The notes under the pieces: model-generated
Seen by the model: only the letters and a program-made list of their open reading frames with translations
The model's database searches: none
Told to the model about the DNA's origin: nothing
Shown here: positions 20,219 through 29,303 of the stretch, piece after piece
How the letters are laid out: each line of letters begins with the position of its first letter
How positions within the stretch are numbered: position 1 is the first letter of the stretch
DNA from: an uncultured Candidatus Saccharibacteria bacterium
GTDB taxonomy: Bacteria; Patescibacteriota; Minisyncoccia; Phycocordibacterales; GWA1-40-21
Assembly (NCBI GenBank): GCA_964485905.1
Contig: CAZAJY010000003.1
Coordinates: 1-45,935 of the forward strand
Direction of reading: 5' to 3'
DNA length: 45,935 nucleotides
Made by a program: the position numbers and the translations under genes

Positions 20219-21265
20219 ATGGATATATTAAAAATAGTTATTCCCACCACGCTCACTTTCATTATCGGTATATTAATTACACCGTTGGTTAGTAATTATC
20301 TTTATAAAAATAAATTATGGAAAAAGAAAAGTGTCACCGTAGCCACAGATGGTGGAGCCACAACTCTAACTCAAAAGTTGCATAATGATGAGGAAAGAAA
20401 AACTCCTCGCATGGGTGGAATAATTATCTGGGCCAGTGTTTTGATTACGACTTTTCTCTTTTGGCTCGGGGCCATGATTGATGGTCCGGTTTTAAATAAA
20501 TTAAGTTTTCTCAGTCGTAATCAAACGTGGTTGCCAATTTTCACTTTAATTTTGGGGGCGCTGGTCGGTTTAGTTGATGATTATATGAGCGTCACCGAAA
20601 GATATGACCAAAAGGCCGGCGGTCTATCTTCAAAGAAAAGATTACTAGCCGTCTTCTTAATCGCCCTAGTTGGTGCCTGGTGGTTTTATTTTAAATTAGA
20701 AGCAACCGACATTATTATTCCCTTTTTTGGTGTTTGGAATGCCGGTCGGCTCTTCATCTTATTTTTTGTGGTGGTGATGCTGGGAACTTATTCGGGTGGA
20801 GTAATTGACGGTCTAGATGGTTTATCTGGTGGAGTATTTGGTATTATTTTTGGCGCCTATGGTTTAATCGCCCTCTTACAAAATCAAATTGACCTAGCTA
20901 CTCTGTGTTTTGTTTTGGTTGGTGGTCTTTTGGCTTTTCTTTGGTTTAATATTCCGCCCGCCAGATTTTATATGTCCGAAACCGGCACCATGGCTTTGAC
21001 TATTACTTTAGTGGTGGTAGCTTTTCTGACCAAACAAGTTTTAATTCTGCCCATTATCGCTTTTCCTTTGGTGATTTCATCAGGCTCAAGTATTATTCAA
21101 CTTCTCTCAAAAAAATTCCGTCACGGTAAAAAAGTTTTTTTGGTTGCTCCACTCCATCATCATTTCCAAGCTCTGGGTTGGCCTGCTACCAAAGTGGTCA
21201 TGCGCTACTGGGTCGCTGGTCTAATTTGTGCCAGTATTGGAATTATTATTACTTTAATTGGATAA
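20219..21265 (+). CDS. mraY: phospho-N-acetylmuramoyl-pentapeptide transferase
   Basis: TPRMGG, GLVDD, DGLDGL, FLWFN.PPARFYM, APLHHHF. Confidence 0.95.
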   Translation: MDILKIVIPTTLTFIIGILITPLVSNYLYKNKLWKKKSVTVATDGGATTLTQKLHNDEERKTPRMGGIIIWASVLITTFLFWLGAMIDGPVLNKLSFLSRNQTWLPIFTLILGALVGLVDDYMSVTERYDQKAGGLSSKKRLLAVFLIALVGAWWFYFKLEATDIIIPFFGVWNAGRLFILFFVVVMLGTYSGGVIDGLDGLSGGVFGIIFGAYGLIALLQNQIDLATLCFVLVGGLLAFLWFNIPPARFYMSETGTMALTITLVVVAFLTKQVLILPIIAFPLVISSGSSIIQLLSKKFRHGKKVFLVAPLHHHFQALGWPATKVVMRYWVAGLICASIGIIITLIG

Positions 21266-21269
21266 AAAA

Positions 21270-21485
21270 ATGAAAGAAAATATACAAACAGATTTTGATA
21301 ATATTCTTTTTTCTGAAAACAATGATTCTGAAGAATCAAAGGAGATCATCATTGAGACAGAGAGCGTACAAGAGATTAAAAAGATTAAACCTAAGAAGAA
21401 GACACCCGTTGAAACTGATGAGCCTTATTGTGCCCAATGCGATCGTGGTGATTTCTGCTCCGCACATTCCTCCAAAGCTGCATAA
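21270..21485 (+). CDS. small acidic protein with C-terminal CxxC-x5-C-x2-H motif
   Basis: YCAQCDRGDFCSAH; fills the mraY-GNAT gap. Confidence 0.55.
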   Translation: MKENIQTDFDNILFSENNDSEESKEIIIETESVQEIKKIKPKKKTPVETDEPYCAQCDRGDFCSAHSSKAA

Positions 21486-21491
21486 ATAAAT

Positions 21492-22013
21492 ATGAAAGAA
21501 ATAAAAATTTTAATTGCCAAAAGAAGAAATAAACAAATCAGAGAAGTTTTCGATAAAACCTGGCTTGCTACTTATCCTAATAAAAAATATGGAATTACTG
21601 TTGATGATATAAAAGATCATATAGAAAAAAGGCACAAAAAAATAAAAAAGAGTAAAAAAGATAATATAAAAAATTCTCCAAAAGAGCAGATTTTATTAAT
21701 AGCAAAAGAGGGGACTAAAGTCGTGGGAGCTTGCCGAATAATTCTTAAAGAAGATAGAAACCAATTGCAAGCAATATATGTCTTACCAGAATATCAAGGT
21801 AAAGGAATAGGTACCATGTTTTGGCACGAAGTACAAAAATATGCTGATCCTATAAAAGATTTTTACGTAGAATTGGCCGTTTATAACAAAAATGCCTTAA
21901 ATTTTTATAAAAAACTTGGATTTATAGATACTAAACGTAGAATCAAAAACGAACGACTTCGAATGAAAAGTGGTAATATTATTCCAGAAATGGAGATGAT
22001 TTTTAAAAAATAA
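21492..22013 (+). CDS. GNAT acetyltransferase
   Basis: IYVLPEYQGKGIG, N.NALNFYKKLGF. Confidence 0.9.
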   Translation: MKEIKILIAKRRNKQIREVFDKTWLATYPNKKYGITVDDIKDHIEKRHKKIKKSKKDNIKNSPKEQILLIAKEGTKVVGACRIILKEDRNQLQAIYVLPEYQGKGIGTMFWHEVQKYADPIKDFYVELAVYNKNALNFYKKLGFIDTKRRIKNERLRMKSGNIIPEMEMIFKK

Positions 22014-22020
22014 AAAAATT

Positions 22021-23118
22021 ATGCCGAAGAAAGTTGATAAAATATTCTTAATTTCTTTTTTGGCCTTGTTGATTTGCGGTTTTTTGGTCTTCATTTCCGC
22101 CTCCCTAGGTATTTATGCCCGTGATAATGCCAAATTTACCTCTATTATTTTTAATCAAACTTTTCTAGGATTATTCATGGGCTTGATTGCCTGTTTTATT
22201 GCTTCTAGAATAAATTATAAAATCTGGCGAAAATTTTCTTTTTATATTTTTCTTCTTTCTGTTTTAACTTCACTTTTAGTCTTTGTCCCTGGTGTTGGTA
22301 TAAGTCATGGTGGCGCGAGTCGCTGGATTTATATTTTTGGAGTTTCTTTTCAACCACTAGAATTCTTAAAAATTGGTTTTATTATTTATTTTGCTTCTTG
22401 GATATCAGGAATGAAAGATAAGATTAGAACTTTTAAATATGGATTATTACCTTTCTTAGTTTTAACTGGTATTATTGGAGCTATTTTACTTAAACAACCA
22501 GACACTGATTCTTTCATCATTATTTTTATTGTTGGTCTTGCAATGTTTATTATTGGCGGGGGAAAATGGCGTCATTTATTTTTAATTATAATATTAAGTT
22601 TAATTGGCATCTCAGCTTTATTTCTTATTAGACCATATCTCTTAGATCGATTAGCTACTTTTATACATCCAGATCAAAATGCTCTTACTTCTAGTTATCA
22701 AATTCAACAATCACTTATTGCCGTCGGTTCCGGTGAGATTTTTGGACGTGGTTTCGGCCAAAGTATTCAAAAATTTAAATTTTTACCAGAATCAATAGGT
22801 GACTCTATTTTTCCAATTGCTGCTGAAGAATTCGGCTTTATTGGTAGTGTATTTATTATATTTTTATTTATCTTCTTTATGTCACGAGGTTTAAGGATTG
22901 CTAATCAGGCACCAGATGTTCTTAGTAGACTTTTGGTCATTGGAATTGTTATACTTATCACTATCCAATCTTTTTTGAATATTGCTTCAATGATTGGAGT
23001 TCTGCCATTATCTGGTTCCCCTCTAATATTCTTTAGTCAGGGAGGAACTGCTTTATTCTTTACTTTAATTGAAATCGGGATAATTATAAATGTATCCCGT
23101 TTTAAAAAAATTAATTAA
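22021..23118 (+). CDS. ftsW: SEDS peptidoglycan polymerase FtsW
   Basis: GASRWI, FQPLEFLK, YQIQQSLIAVGSG, GSPLIFFSQGG; lies between mraY and murG. Confidence 0.92.
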   Translation: MPKKVDKIFLISFLALLICGFLVFISASLGIYARDNAKFTSIIFNQTFLGLFMGLIACFIASRINYKIWRKFSFYIFLLSVLTSLLVFVPGVGISHGGASRWIYIFGVSFQPLEFLKIGFIIYFASWISGMKDKIRTFKYGLLPFLVLTGIIGAILLKQPDTDSFIIIFIVGLAMFIIGGGKWRHLFLIIILSLIGISALFLIRPYLLDRLATFIHPDQNALTSSYQIQQSLIAVGSGEIFGRGFGQSIQKFKFLPESIGDSIFPIAAEEFGFIGSVFIIFLFIFFMSRGLRIANQAPDVLSRLLVIGIVILITIQSFLNIASMIGVLPLSGSPLIFFSQGGTALFFTLIEIGIIINVSRFKKIN

Positions 23119-23122
23119 ACAT

Positions 23123-24253
23123 ATGAAAATATTATTTACCGGTGGGGGATCAGGTGGACACTTTTATCCACTTATTGCCGTAGCTGAATCAATTAATAAG
23201 ATTTCTAAGGCAGAGAATTTAATTCTACCTCAGTTATTTTTTATGTCTGATAATCCATATGATGCAGAAGCATTAGTAGAAAATGACATTACTTTTATTC
23301 CAATTTGGGCTGGAAAAGTTAGACGTTATGCTTCAATTTTAAATGTTCTAGATATCTTTAAAACATTCTTTGGTATTCTTGGTGCCTGCAAAAAAGTCTT
23401 CAGTCTGTATCCAGATATTATTTTTAGCAAAGGAGCTTATGCCAGTTTCCCAGTACTTGTTGCTGCCAAGTTTTTCCGTATTCCAGTGATCATTCATGAA
23501 AGTGATAGTGTTCCTGGTAAAACCAATCTCTGGGCTGGAAAATTTGCTCAAAAAATTGCCCTATCTTATCCAGAGACTGCTAAATATTTTCCTGATCAAA
23601 CTAAAATCGCTTTTACGGGAAATCCATTACGACAAGCGGTTTTAAATATTAATAAAACGGGAGCTCATGAATATTTGAAATTAGAAAAAAGTATACCAAC
23701 AATTTTAGTTATTGGTGGATCTTTAGGCGCTCAAATTATTAATGAAAGAATTCTAGATGCTTTACCAAATTTAATACAAAATTATCAAATACTGCATCAA
23801 ACTGGAAAAAATAATGTAACTGAAGTCTCCCAAACAGCAGAAATAATTATTGGTACTAACCCAAATAAAAATCGTTATCGTATTTTTGATTATTTAAATG
23901 ATATGAATATTACAATGGCTGCTGGTGCTGCTGATCTGATTATTAGCCGAGCCGGTTCTTCTATCTTTGAAATTGCCGCTTGGGGCATACCAAGTATTGT
24001 TATTCCAATTACTGAATCAAATGGCAATCATCAAAGAATTAATGCTTATACTTATGCTCGTAGTGGTGCGGCTTCGGTTATTGAAGAATCTAATCTAACA
24101 ACCAATATTTTAATTGGAGAGATTGATAGGATTTTAAATAATAAAGAATTGCGAGAAAAAATGTCTGTAGCAGCCAAAAATTTTGCTGAGCCTGAAGCGG
24201 CTGATAAAATCGCTAGGGAATTAATCAATATCGCCCTGACCCACGAACAATAG
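23123..24253 (+). CDS. murG: MurG GlcNAc transferase
   Basis: TGGGSGGHFYP, HESDSVPG, TGNPLR, GGSLGA, SRAG. Start re-assigned to ATG 23123. Confidence 0.96.
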   Translation: MKILFTGGGSGGHFYPLIAVAESINKISKAENLILPQLFFMSDNPYDAEALVENDITFIPIWAGKVRRYASILNVLDIFKTFFGILGACKKVFSLYPDIIFSKGAYASFPVLVAAKFFRIPVIIHESDSVPGKTNLWAGKFAQKIALSYPETAKYFPDQTKIAFTGNPLRQAVLNINKTGAHEYLKLEKSIPTILVIGGSLGAQIINERILDALPNLIQNYQILHQTGKNNVTEVSQTAEIIIGTNPNKNRYRIFDYLNDMNITMAAGAADLIISRAGSSIFEIAAWGIPSIVIPITESNGNHQRINAYTYARSGAASVIEESNLTTNILIGEIDRILNNKELREKMSVAAKNFAEPEAADKIARELINIALTHEQ

Positions 24254-24254
24254 A

Positions 24255-25607
24255 ATGTTTAATTTTTTCAAACAGAAGAAAAAAGTCATCACCCGTTTCG
24301 CCCCCAGTCCCACTGGCCTATTTCATGTCGGTAGTGCCAGAACAGCGCTTTTTAGTTATTTATATGCCAAACAAAATAAGGGTGAATTTCTATTACGCAT
24401 AGAAGATACCGATGAGGCCCGAGGAAAGCCAGAGTGGACACAAATGATTTATGATTCACTAAAATGGCTAGGTATGGATTTTACGCAATCATATATACAG
24501 TCAGATCGTAAAGAAGTTTACAAGAAATATTTAGAAAAGTTAATTTCTAAAAATAAGGCTTATATTTCAAAAGAAGAAGTAAAAGAGGAAGGTCAAAGAG
24601 CAGAAGTAATTAGATTTAGAAATCCAAATAAAAAAGTAAAATTTACAGATCTTATTCGGGGAGAAATAGAATTTGATACCACTGAATTGGGTGATTTCGT
24701 TATTGCCAAAAGTTTAACTGAACCAATTTTCCATCTTACAAATGTAATTGATGATATGGATTCGGGCGTAACCCATGCTATCCGTGGCGAAGACCATATC
24801 TCAAATACCCCAAGACATATTTTAATATTTGAAGCTCTGGGGGGAAAACCACCGATATATGGTCATTTACCGCTAATGTTATCTGAAAAAAGAGAGAAGC
24901 TTTCTAAGAGAAAGCATGGTGAAATAGTCTCTGTCGCTTATTATCAAAAAGAAGGTTACTTGCCAGAAGCCTTTATAAACTTCATTGCCTTAGTTGGCTG
25001 GAATCCTGGCACCGATCAAGAAATACTTTCGATGAATGAATTAATAGAAAAATTTGATATGACTAAAGTCCAGAAAGCTGGTGCCATCTTTAATACGGAA
25101 AAACTTCTCTGGTTTAATAAAGAATATATAAAAAGATTACCGGCCGACAGATTAGAAAAAGAAATTTCGGAAAAATTATCCCAAAAATATACTTACTCAT
25201 CAGAACTTCTTAAAAAAATTATCCCAACAATTACCGAAAGAATAAATACTTTTGGCGAATTAGAAAAATATGTGGCGGAAGGGGAGTTTGACTACTTTTT
25301 TATAGCCCCCGAGCCAAAGAGGGAAATGCTGATCTGGAAAAAAGATACTGACTTTGAAACTCCCAAAAAGAATTTACAAATTGTTTCTGAGATAATTACC
25401 AAAATTTCTGATGAAGATTTTAATAAAGAATTTCTAGAAAAAATTCTCATGCCTAAAGCTGATGAGCTTGGAAAGGGGAGTGTGCTTTGGCCCCTTCGAT
25501 TTTCCCTCTCCGGACGTGAAAAATCCCCCGATCCATTTACTCTTTTGTCAATACTAGGCAAAACTGAATCTCTAAAAAGAATCCAAACAGCTATAAAAGT
25601 GTTATAA
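24255..25607 (+). CDS. gltX: glutamyl-tRNA synthetase (no zinc subdomain)
   Basis: RFAPSPTG.FHVG, LRIEDTD, HAIRGEDH, KLSKR. Confidence 0.96.
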   Translation: MFNFFKQKKKVITRFAPSPTGLFHVGSARTALFSYLYAKQNKGEFLLRIEDTDEARGKPEWTQMIYDSLKWLGMDFTQSYIQSDRKEVYKKYLEKLISKNKAYISKEEVKEEGQRAEVIRFRNPNKKVKFTDLIRGEIEFDTTELGDFVIAKSLTEPIFHLTNVIDDMDSGVTHAIRGEDHISNTPRHILIFEALGGKPPIYGHLPLMLSEKREKLSKRKHGEIVSVAYYQKEGYLPEAFINFIALVGWNPGTDQEILSMNELIEKFDMTKVQKAGAIFNTEKLLWFNKEYIKRLPADRLEKEISEKLSQKYTYSSELLKKIIPTITERINTFGELEKYVAEGEFDYFFIAPEPKREMLIWKKDTDFETPKKNLQIVSEIITKISDEDFNKEFLEKILMPKADELGKGSVLWPLRFSLSGREKSPDPFTLLSILGKTESLKRIQTAIKVL

Positions 25608-25615
25608 TGGATCTT

Positions 25616-26881
25616 ATGTTAAGGAAAATTTTAAGTCTTAGCCTTTGTCTTGCTATTCTTTTTCTATTGGGAAATATTACTTCTCAAGCAGATACGGTTA
25701 ATCAAATTCAAGCTAAAATTGATGCGGCTAATGCCAATCGAGCAAAATTAGAAAAAGAAATTGCTAATTATCAATCGCAATTAAAAGTTATTGGTGGTGA
25801 GGCCATTTCGCTACAAAATACGATCAAATCTTTAGATGTTTCTACCAGCAAAATAACCACTGAGGTAAAATTAACCGAAACAAATATAAATAAAACATCC
25901 TATACCATTGAAGATACCGGCTTACAAATCAAAGATAAAGAACAGCAAATTAATCGTGATACACAGGCCATCACTCAAAGTCTAAGAAGAATAAATGAAG
26001 CTGACGCTTTAAGTATTTGGGAAGTCTTATTATCCAATCAAGATCTCGGAGATTTTTGGGCTGATCTAGAAGACACAGTTCGCATTCAAGCTAAAATCGG
26101 TGATCAAGTTGCTTCAGTAAAAAATATAAAAATTAATTTAGAAAAAGCTAAAATTCAATTAGAACAGCAAAAAAAAGAACTGGAAGATTATACAAAAGAA
26201 CTAGCCGATAAAAAACGGGTTTTAGATTCCACCAAAAAAGAGAAAAACGTCTTGCTAACCAATACTAAAAACACCGAAGCTAATTATCAAAAAATTCTAC
26301 AAGATAAATTGGCCCTAAAAGAGGCTTTGGATCAGGAAATCAATAGTTATGAGTCTCAATTAAGATTAGCCATTGACCCTAAAAGTTTTCCTAAGGCTGG
26401 TAAAGGTATCCTCGCTTGGCCTCTAGACTCAATCTATATCACGCAATATTTCGGTAAGACAGTAGATTCAGTCAGATTATATGCCAGCGGAACTCATAAT
26501 GGTGTAGATTTTCGCGCAACTATTGGCACTAGAGTCAAATCTGCCGGTAATGGAATAGTAGAAGGCGTGGGTGATACTGATATCGTCTGTCCTGGAGCCT
26601 CTTTCGGTAAATGGGTATTTATTCGCTATGATAATGGTCTCGCCAGCACCTATGGTCATTTATCGCTAATTACCGCTAAACAAGGGCAAAGAGTTAAAAC
26701 TGGTGATGTAGTAGGCTATTCTGGTAATACTGGTTATTCGACTGGTCCGCATTTACATGTTAGTATTTATGCCAGCCAAGGAGTTAAGGTATCCACCCTA
26801 AAAAGCGCAGTCTGTAAGGGGACTTACGTCATGCCCCTAGCCGATCCCAAAGCTTACTTGGATCCGATGGTTTATTTTTGA
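25616..26881 (+). CDS. coiled-coil M23 peptidase (EnvC/PcsB-like architecture)
   Basis: Signal peptide, long coiled coil, HNGVD, YGHL, GYSTGPHLH. ATG 25616 follows TATAAT 25603-25608 (alternative start 25607). Confidence 0.9.
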   Translation: MLRKILSLSLCLAILFLLGNITSQADTVNQIQAKIDAANANRAKLEKEIANYQSQLKVIGGEAISLQNTIKSLDVSTSKITTEVKLTETNINKTSYTIEDTGLQIKDKEQQINRDTQAITQSLRRINEADALSIWEVLLSNQDLGDFWADLEDTVRIQAKIGDQVASVKNIKINLEKAKIQLEQQKKELEDYTKELADKKRVLDSTKKEKNVLLTNTKNTEANYQKILQDKLALKEALDQEINSYESQLRLAIDPKSFPKAGKGILAWPLDSIYITQYFGKTVDSVRLYASGTHNGVDFRATIGTRVKSAGNGIVEGVGDTDIVCPGASFGKWVFIRYDNGLASTYGHLSLITAKQGQRVKTGDVVGYSGNTGYSTGPHLHVSIYASQGVKVSTLKSAVCKGTYVMPLADPKAYLDPMVYF

Positions 26882-26920
26882 TTCTTTTAAAATCTTTTCA
26901 TTAGGTGTATAATATTATCT

Positions 26921-27205
26921 ATGAATAAGTATAAAAATAAACAAGGTGGTTTAATAAAAATGATTATCATTATAATCATTGTTATTGCAATTTTAAGTTG
27001 GTATGGTTTAGATATAAAAGAATTTTTTACTTCACCTCAAGCGCAGAAAAATTTTGGTTATATTTGGAATTTTATTAAAGATACATGGAATGATTATTTA
27101 TCTACCCCAGCTCATAAAGCGTGGGGGATATGGGTTCAGTATGCTTGGCAACCATTTATAGAGATGATAAAAACTAAAAATCATACAGACATTTTAACAA
27201 ATTAA
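26921..27205 (+). CDS. small membrane protein
   Basis: Basic N-terminus KQGG followed by a hydrophobic helix; TATAAT 7 nt upstream. Confidence 0.7.
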   Translation: MNKYKNKQGGLIKMIIIIIIVIAILSWYGLDIKEFFTSPQAQKNFGYIWNFIKDTWNDYLSTPAHKAWGIWVQYAWQPFIEMIKTKNHTDILTN

Positions 27206-27218
27206 TAAATTAAAAAAT

Positions 27219-27308
27219 ATGTTTGGACTTTTTGATATTTTTGATGCTTGGGATGTCGTTTTTATAGTAATTTTACTTGGTTTATTTATTTGGTCATTTT
27301 TTGCTTAA
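27219..27308 (+). CDS. putative 29-aa single-TM micropeptide (not in ORF track)
   Basis: MFGLFDIFDAWDVVFIVILLGLFIWSFFA, 13 nt after the previous stop and behind an A-rich leader. Confidence 0.45.
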   Translation: MFGLFDIFDAWDVVFIVILLGLFIWSFFA

Positions 27309-27444
27309 ACTCCCATAGGGAAGGACCTCTGACCTTTTAACTATTGTATATATGCGGAGAAGATATATTGTGCGACATACTACTAACTAAACAAAAGCCC
27401 TCACCCGTTAGGATAAGAGCCTTTGTTATCATTTTTATTATTTA

Positions 27445-27873
27445 TTAAATTTTAGACTTCCAACACTTAGAAGATGAATTCCACGGAGTGGCACCCTCTT
27501 TATCATAGAGATACTTAGCGTAAGCCAAGTTACCATCAATGGTTAAAAGATTAAAACCTAAGTCTTCAGCTTTTTCACCATGATAATACTCGTTGACCTG
27601 CATCAGACCCACGTCTGATTTATTAACCTTACCACGAAGAATATCTCCATTAGAATCATACTGTCTAAAAGTTGACTCACAGCGAGCAATTTCCGCCAAG
27701 ACTGGTGTCTCGACAAAATACTCTCGCACATAATTCTCCAGAGTAATCGGCTCAACGATCGCCGACTGGCTTTGAGTGTTTATACTGTTAGCCACATCCT
27801 GAGCCACAGCCACACTGACTGGACCAAAGAAAGACGAAGTTAATAAAGCTATCGATGTAATTAATTCAATCAT
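27445..27873 (-). CDS. secreted lysozyme-like / lytic transglycosylase (SLT/Rpf-like) protein
   Basis: Signal-like N-terminus MIELITSIALL; IARCES, VGLMQVN, GNLAYAKYLY, PW..S..CW. Confidence 0.8.
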   Translation of the reverse strand: MIELITSIALLTSSFFGPVSVAVAQDVANSINTQSQSAIVEPITLENYVREYFVETPVLAEIARCESTFRQYDSNGDILRGKVNKSDVGLMQVNEYYHGEKAEDLGFNLLTIDGNLAYAKYLYDKEGATPWNSSSKCWKSKI

Positions 27874-27982
27874 ATTTTTATTTTTTTGCTTCCTTCGATC
27901 AAACTCAGGACCTTCAGAAAGCAAAAATCAGAGTTGACCTCTGATTACCCTTAATACTAGCACCTTTCATCTTTTTTGTCAA
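27874..27982 (-). promoter_or_regulatory. sigma70 promoter and structured 5' UTR of transglycosylase gene
   Basis: TTGACA-17nt-TAGTAT (extended TG), then hairpins AATCAGAG/CTCTGATT and TTTTTGCTTTC...GGAAGCAAAAA. Confidence 0.6.
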
Positions 27983-28090
27983 GCTTCAACACATCAAAAT
28001 AAACCCGTCAAATAGGAAAATATGGCCTAAAATAAGGACTTTTTACTTGACACAGAGGTTAAAAAATAGGATAAAAAATACCACTTTTTA

Positions 28091-28540
28091 CTATTTTAAG
28101 CCAGGACAGTTAGAAGCAGGAGTATAACCAGCTTTTTGTGCTTCTTCATAAGAATCAAACCAAATTTTATTCTTTTCAGCGATCTGGGAGGCTCCAGCGC
28201 ACCAAGGAAAATGATATTTTTTACCGCTTTTTGACGCCACCAATAAACCTTTCGCGCTGTCCGAAGCAACTAGTGCCGCGGCGGACATGGGGACATTGTT
28301 CGTGGACTTCCCGCCTTCGCTAAGAGCTATGGACGGGCGAAGAATTTGCACTGGATCTCTCCCCTTCTCTAGAGCTGATAATCGTCCTAAACCAAAACCA
28401 GCCAAACCAATCAAGATAATCGCAAGTATAATAAAAATATCCTCTTTAATGTCAAAATTCGCTTTAACCCGAAAAATCAATGGATTAATTTTATCTACCC
28501 CAAAAGACTTGATTTTTTGACCAATATCCTTTATACTCAT
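28091..28540 (-). CDS. membrane-anchored Ada-type metal-binding domain protein
   Basis: TM ..GFGLGRLS; VASKSGKKYHFPWC...IWF...EAQKAGYTPASNC. ATG 28540 lies 6 nt after TATAAT. Confidence 0.8.
   Translation of the reverse strand: MSIKDIGQKIKSFGVDKINPLIFRVKANFDIKEDIFIILAIILIGLAGFGLGRLSALEKGRDPVQILRPSIALSEGGKSTNNVPMSAAALVASDSAKGLLVASKSGKKYHFPWCAGASQIAEKNKIWFDSYEEAQKAGYTPASNCPGLK
28310..28337. repeat. REP-like hairpin in frame within Ada-domain gene
   Basis: CCCGCCTTCGCTAAGAGCTATGGACGGG; GC-rich imperfect palindrome in the linker. Confidence 0.55.
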
Positions 28541-28570
28541 TGGACGATTATAACATAAACAAATAAAAAT

Positions 28571-28843
28571 ATGGCACATAAAAAAGCAGCCGGGACAACA
28601 AAAAATGGTAGAGATTCCAATCCAAGATTCTTAGGAATCAAATTAGCCGATGGCGATACCGCCCAAATTGGTTCTATTATCGTACGACAAAAAGGGGTTG
28701 GCATAATGCCGGGCCGAAATACAAAGATGGGTAAAGATTATACGGTCTTCGCAGTCAAAGAAGGTAAAGTAAAATTTGCTACTAAAAGAAAGCTGTCTTT
28801 TGATTCTAAAATGGAAAAGAAAGGAATTGTGAGTGTGATTTAA
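28571..28843 (+). CDS. rpmA: 50S ribosomal protein L27
   Basis: MAHKKAAGTTKNGRDS, GSIIVRQKG. Confidence 0.97.
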   Translation: MAHKKAAGTTKNGRDSNPRFLGIKLADGDTAQIGSIIVRQKGVGIMPGRNTKMGKDYTVFAVKEGKVKFATKRKLSFDSKMEKKGIVSVI

Positions 28844-28844
28844 C

Positions 28845-29288
28845 TTACTCCCCCTTTATTACTAGTTTAAAAGTGACTTTTTTGTCACCAACTTTAGCTG
28901 TGATTTCATGTTCACCAACTTCTTTAATTGGATGTTCTAAAATTATCATATCAGCACTAAGATTAATCCCCTTCTCTTTTTTAATTTCTTCTACAATCTG
29001 CTCTTTGTGTACACCGGCAAAAAGATGACCCTTATCACTTACTTTACCCTTTATTTCAATATTAATTCCTTTTATTTCTGTTAGAGCTTTCTCTAATTCC
29101 GCCTCGGTTTTAGCATTAGCTAACACATCCCCCTTTTTCTTCACTTCAATCATATTAACATTACCCGTGGTTGCCGGAATCGCCATACCATTTGGTATTA
29201 ACATATTCAAAGCATGGCCATCAGCCACATCCTTAATCTCATATTTCTTTCCTATTTTCTTTACATCTTTTAATAAAATGATTTTCAT
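28845..29288 (-). CDS. rplI: 50S ribosomal protein L9
   Basis: MKIILLKDVKKIGK..VADGHALN.LIP, GHLFAGV, PIKEVGEH. Confidence 0.95.
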   Translation of the reverse strand: MKIILLKDVKKIGKKYEIKDVADGHALNMLIPNGMAIPATTGNVNMIEVKKKGDVLANAKTEAELEKALTEIKGINIEIKGKVSDKGHLFAGVHKEQIVEEIKKEKGINLSADMIILEHPIKEVGEHEITAKVGDKKVTFKLVIKGE

Positions 29289-29303
29289 AATTTTAATATA
29301 CCT

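Noticed and set aside
27311-27338. Hairpins TCCC/GGGA and AAGG...CCTT as another palindromic element
   Set aside because: Too short and imperfect to distinguish from chance.
27874-27952. c-di-AMP or c-di-GMP riboswitch
   Set aside because: The consensus motifs are not recognisable.
28048-28080. Antisense promoter (TTGACA) toward the Ada-domain gene
   Set aside because: No convincing -10 box at the right spacing.
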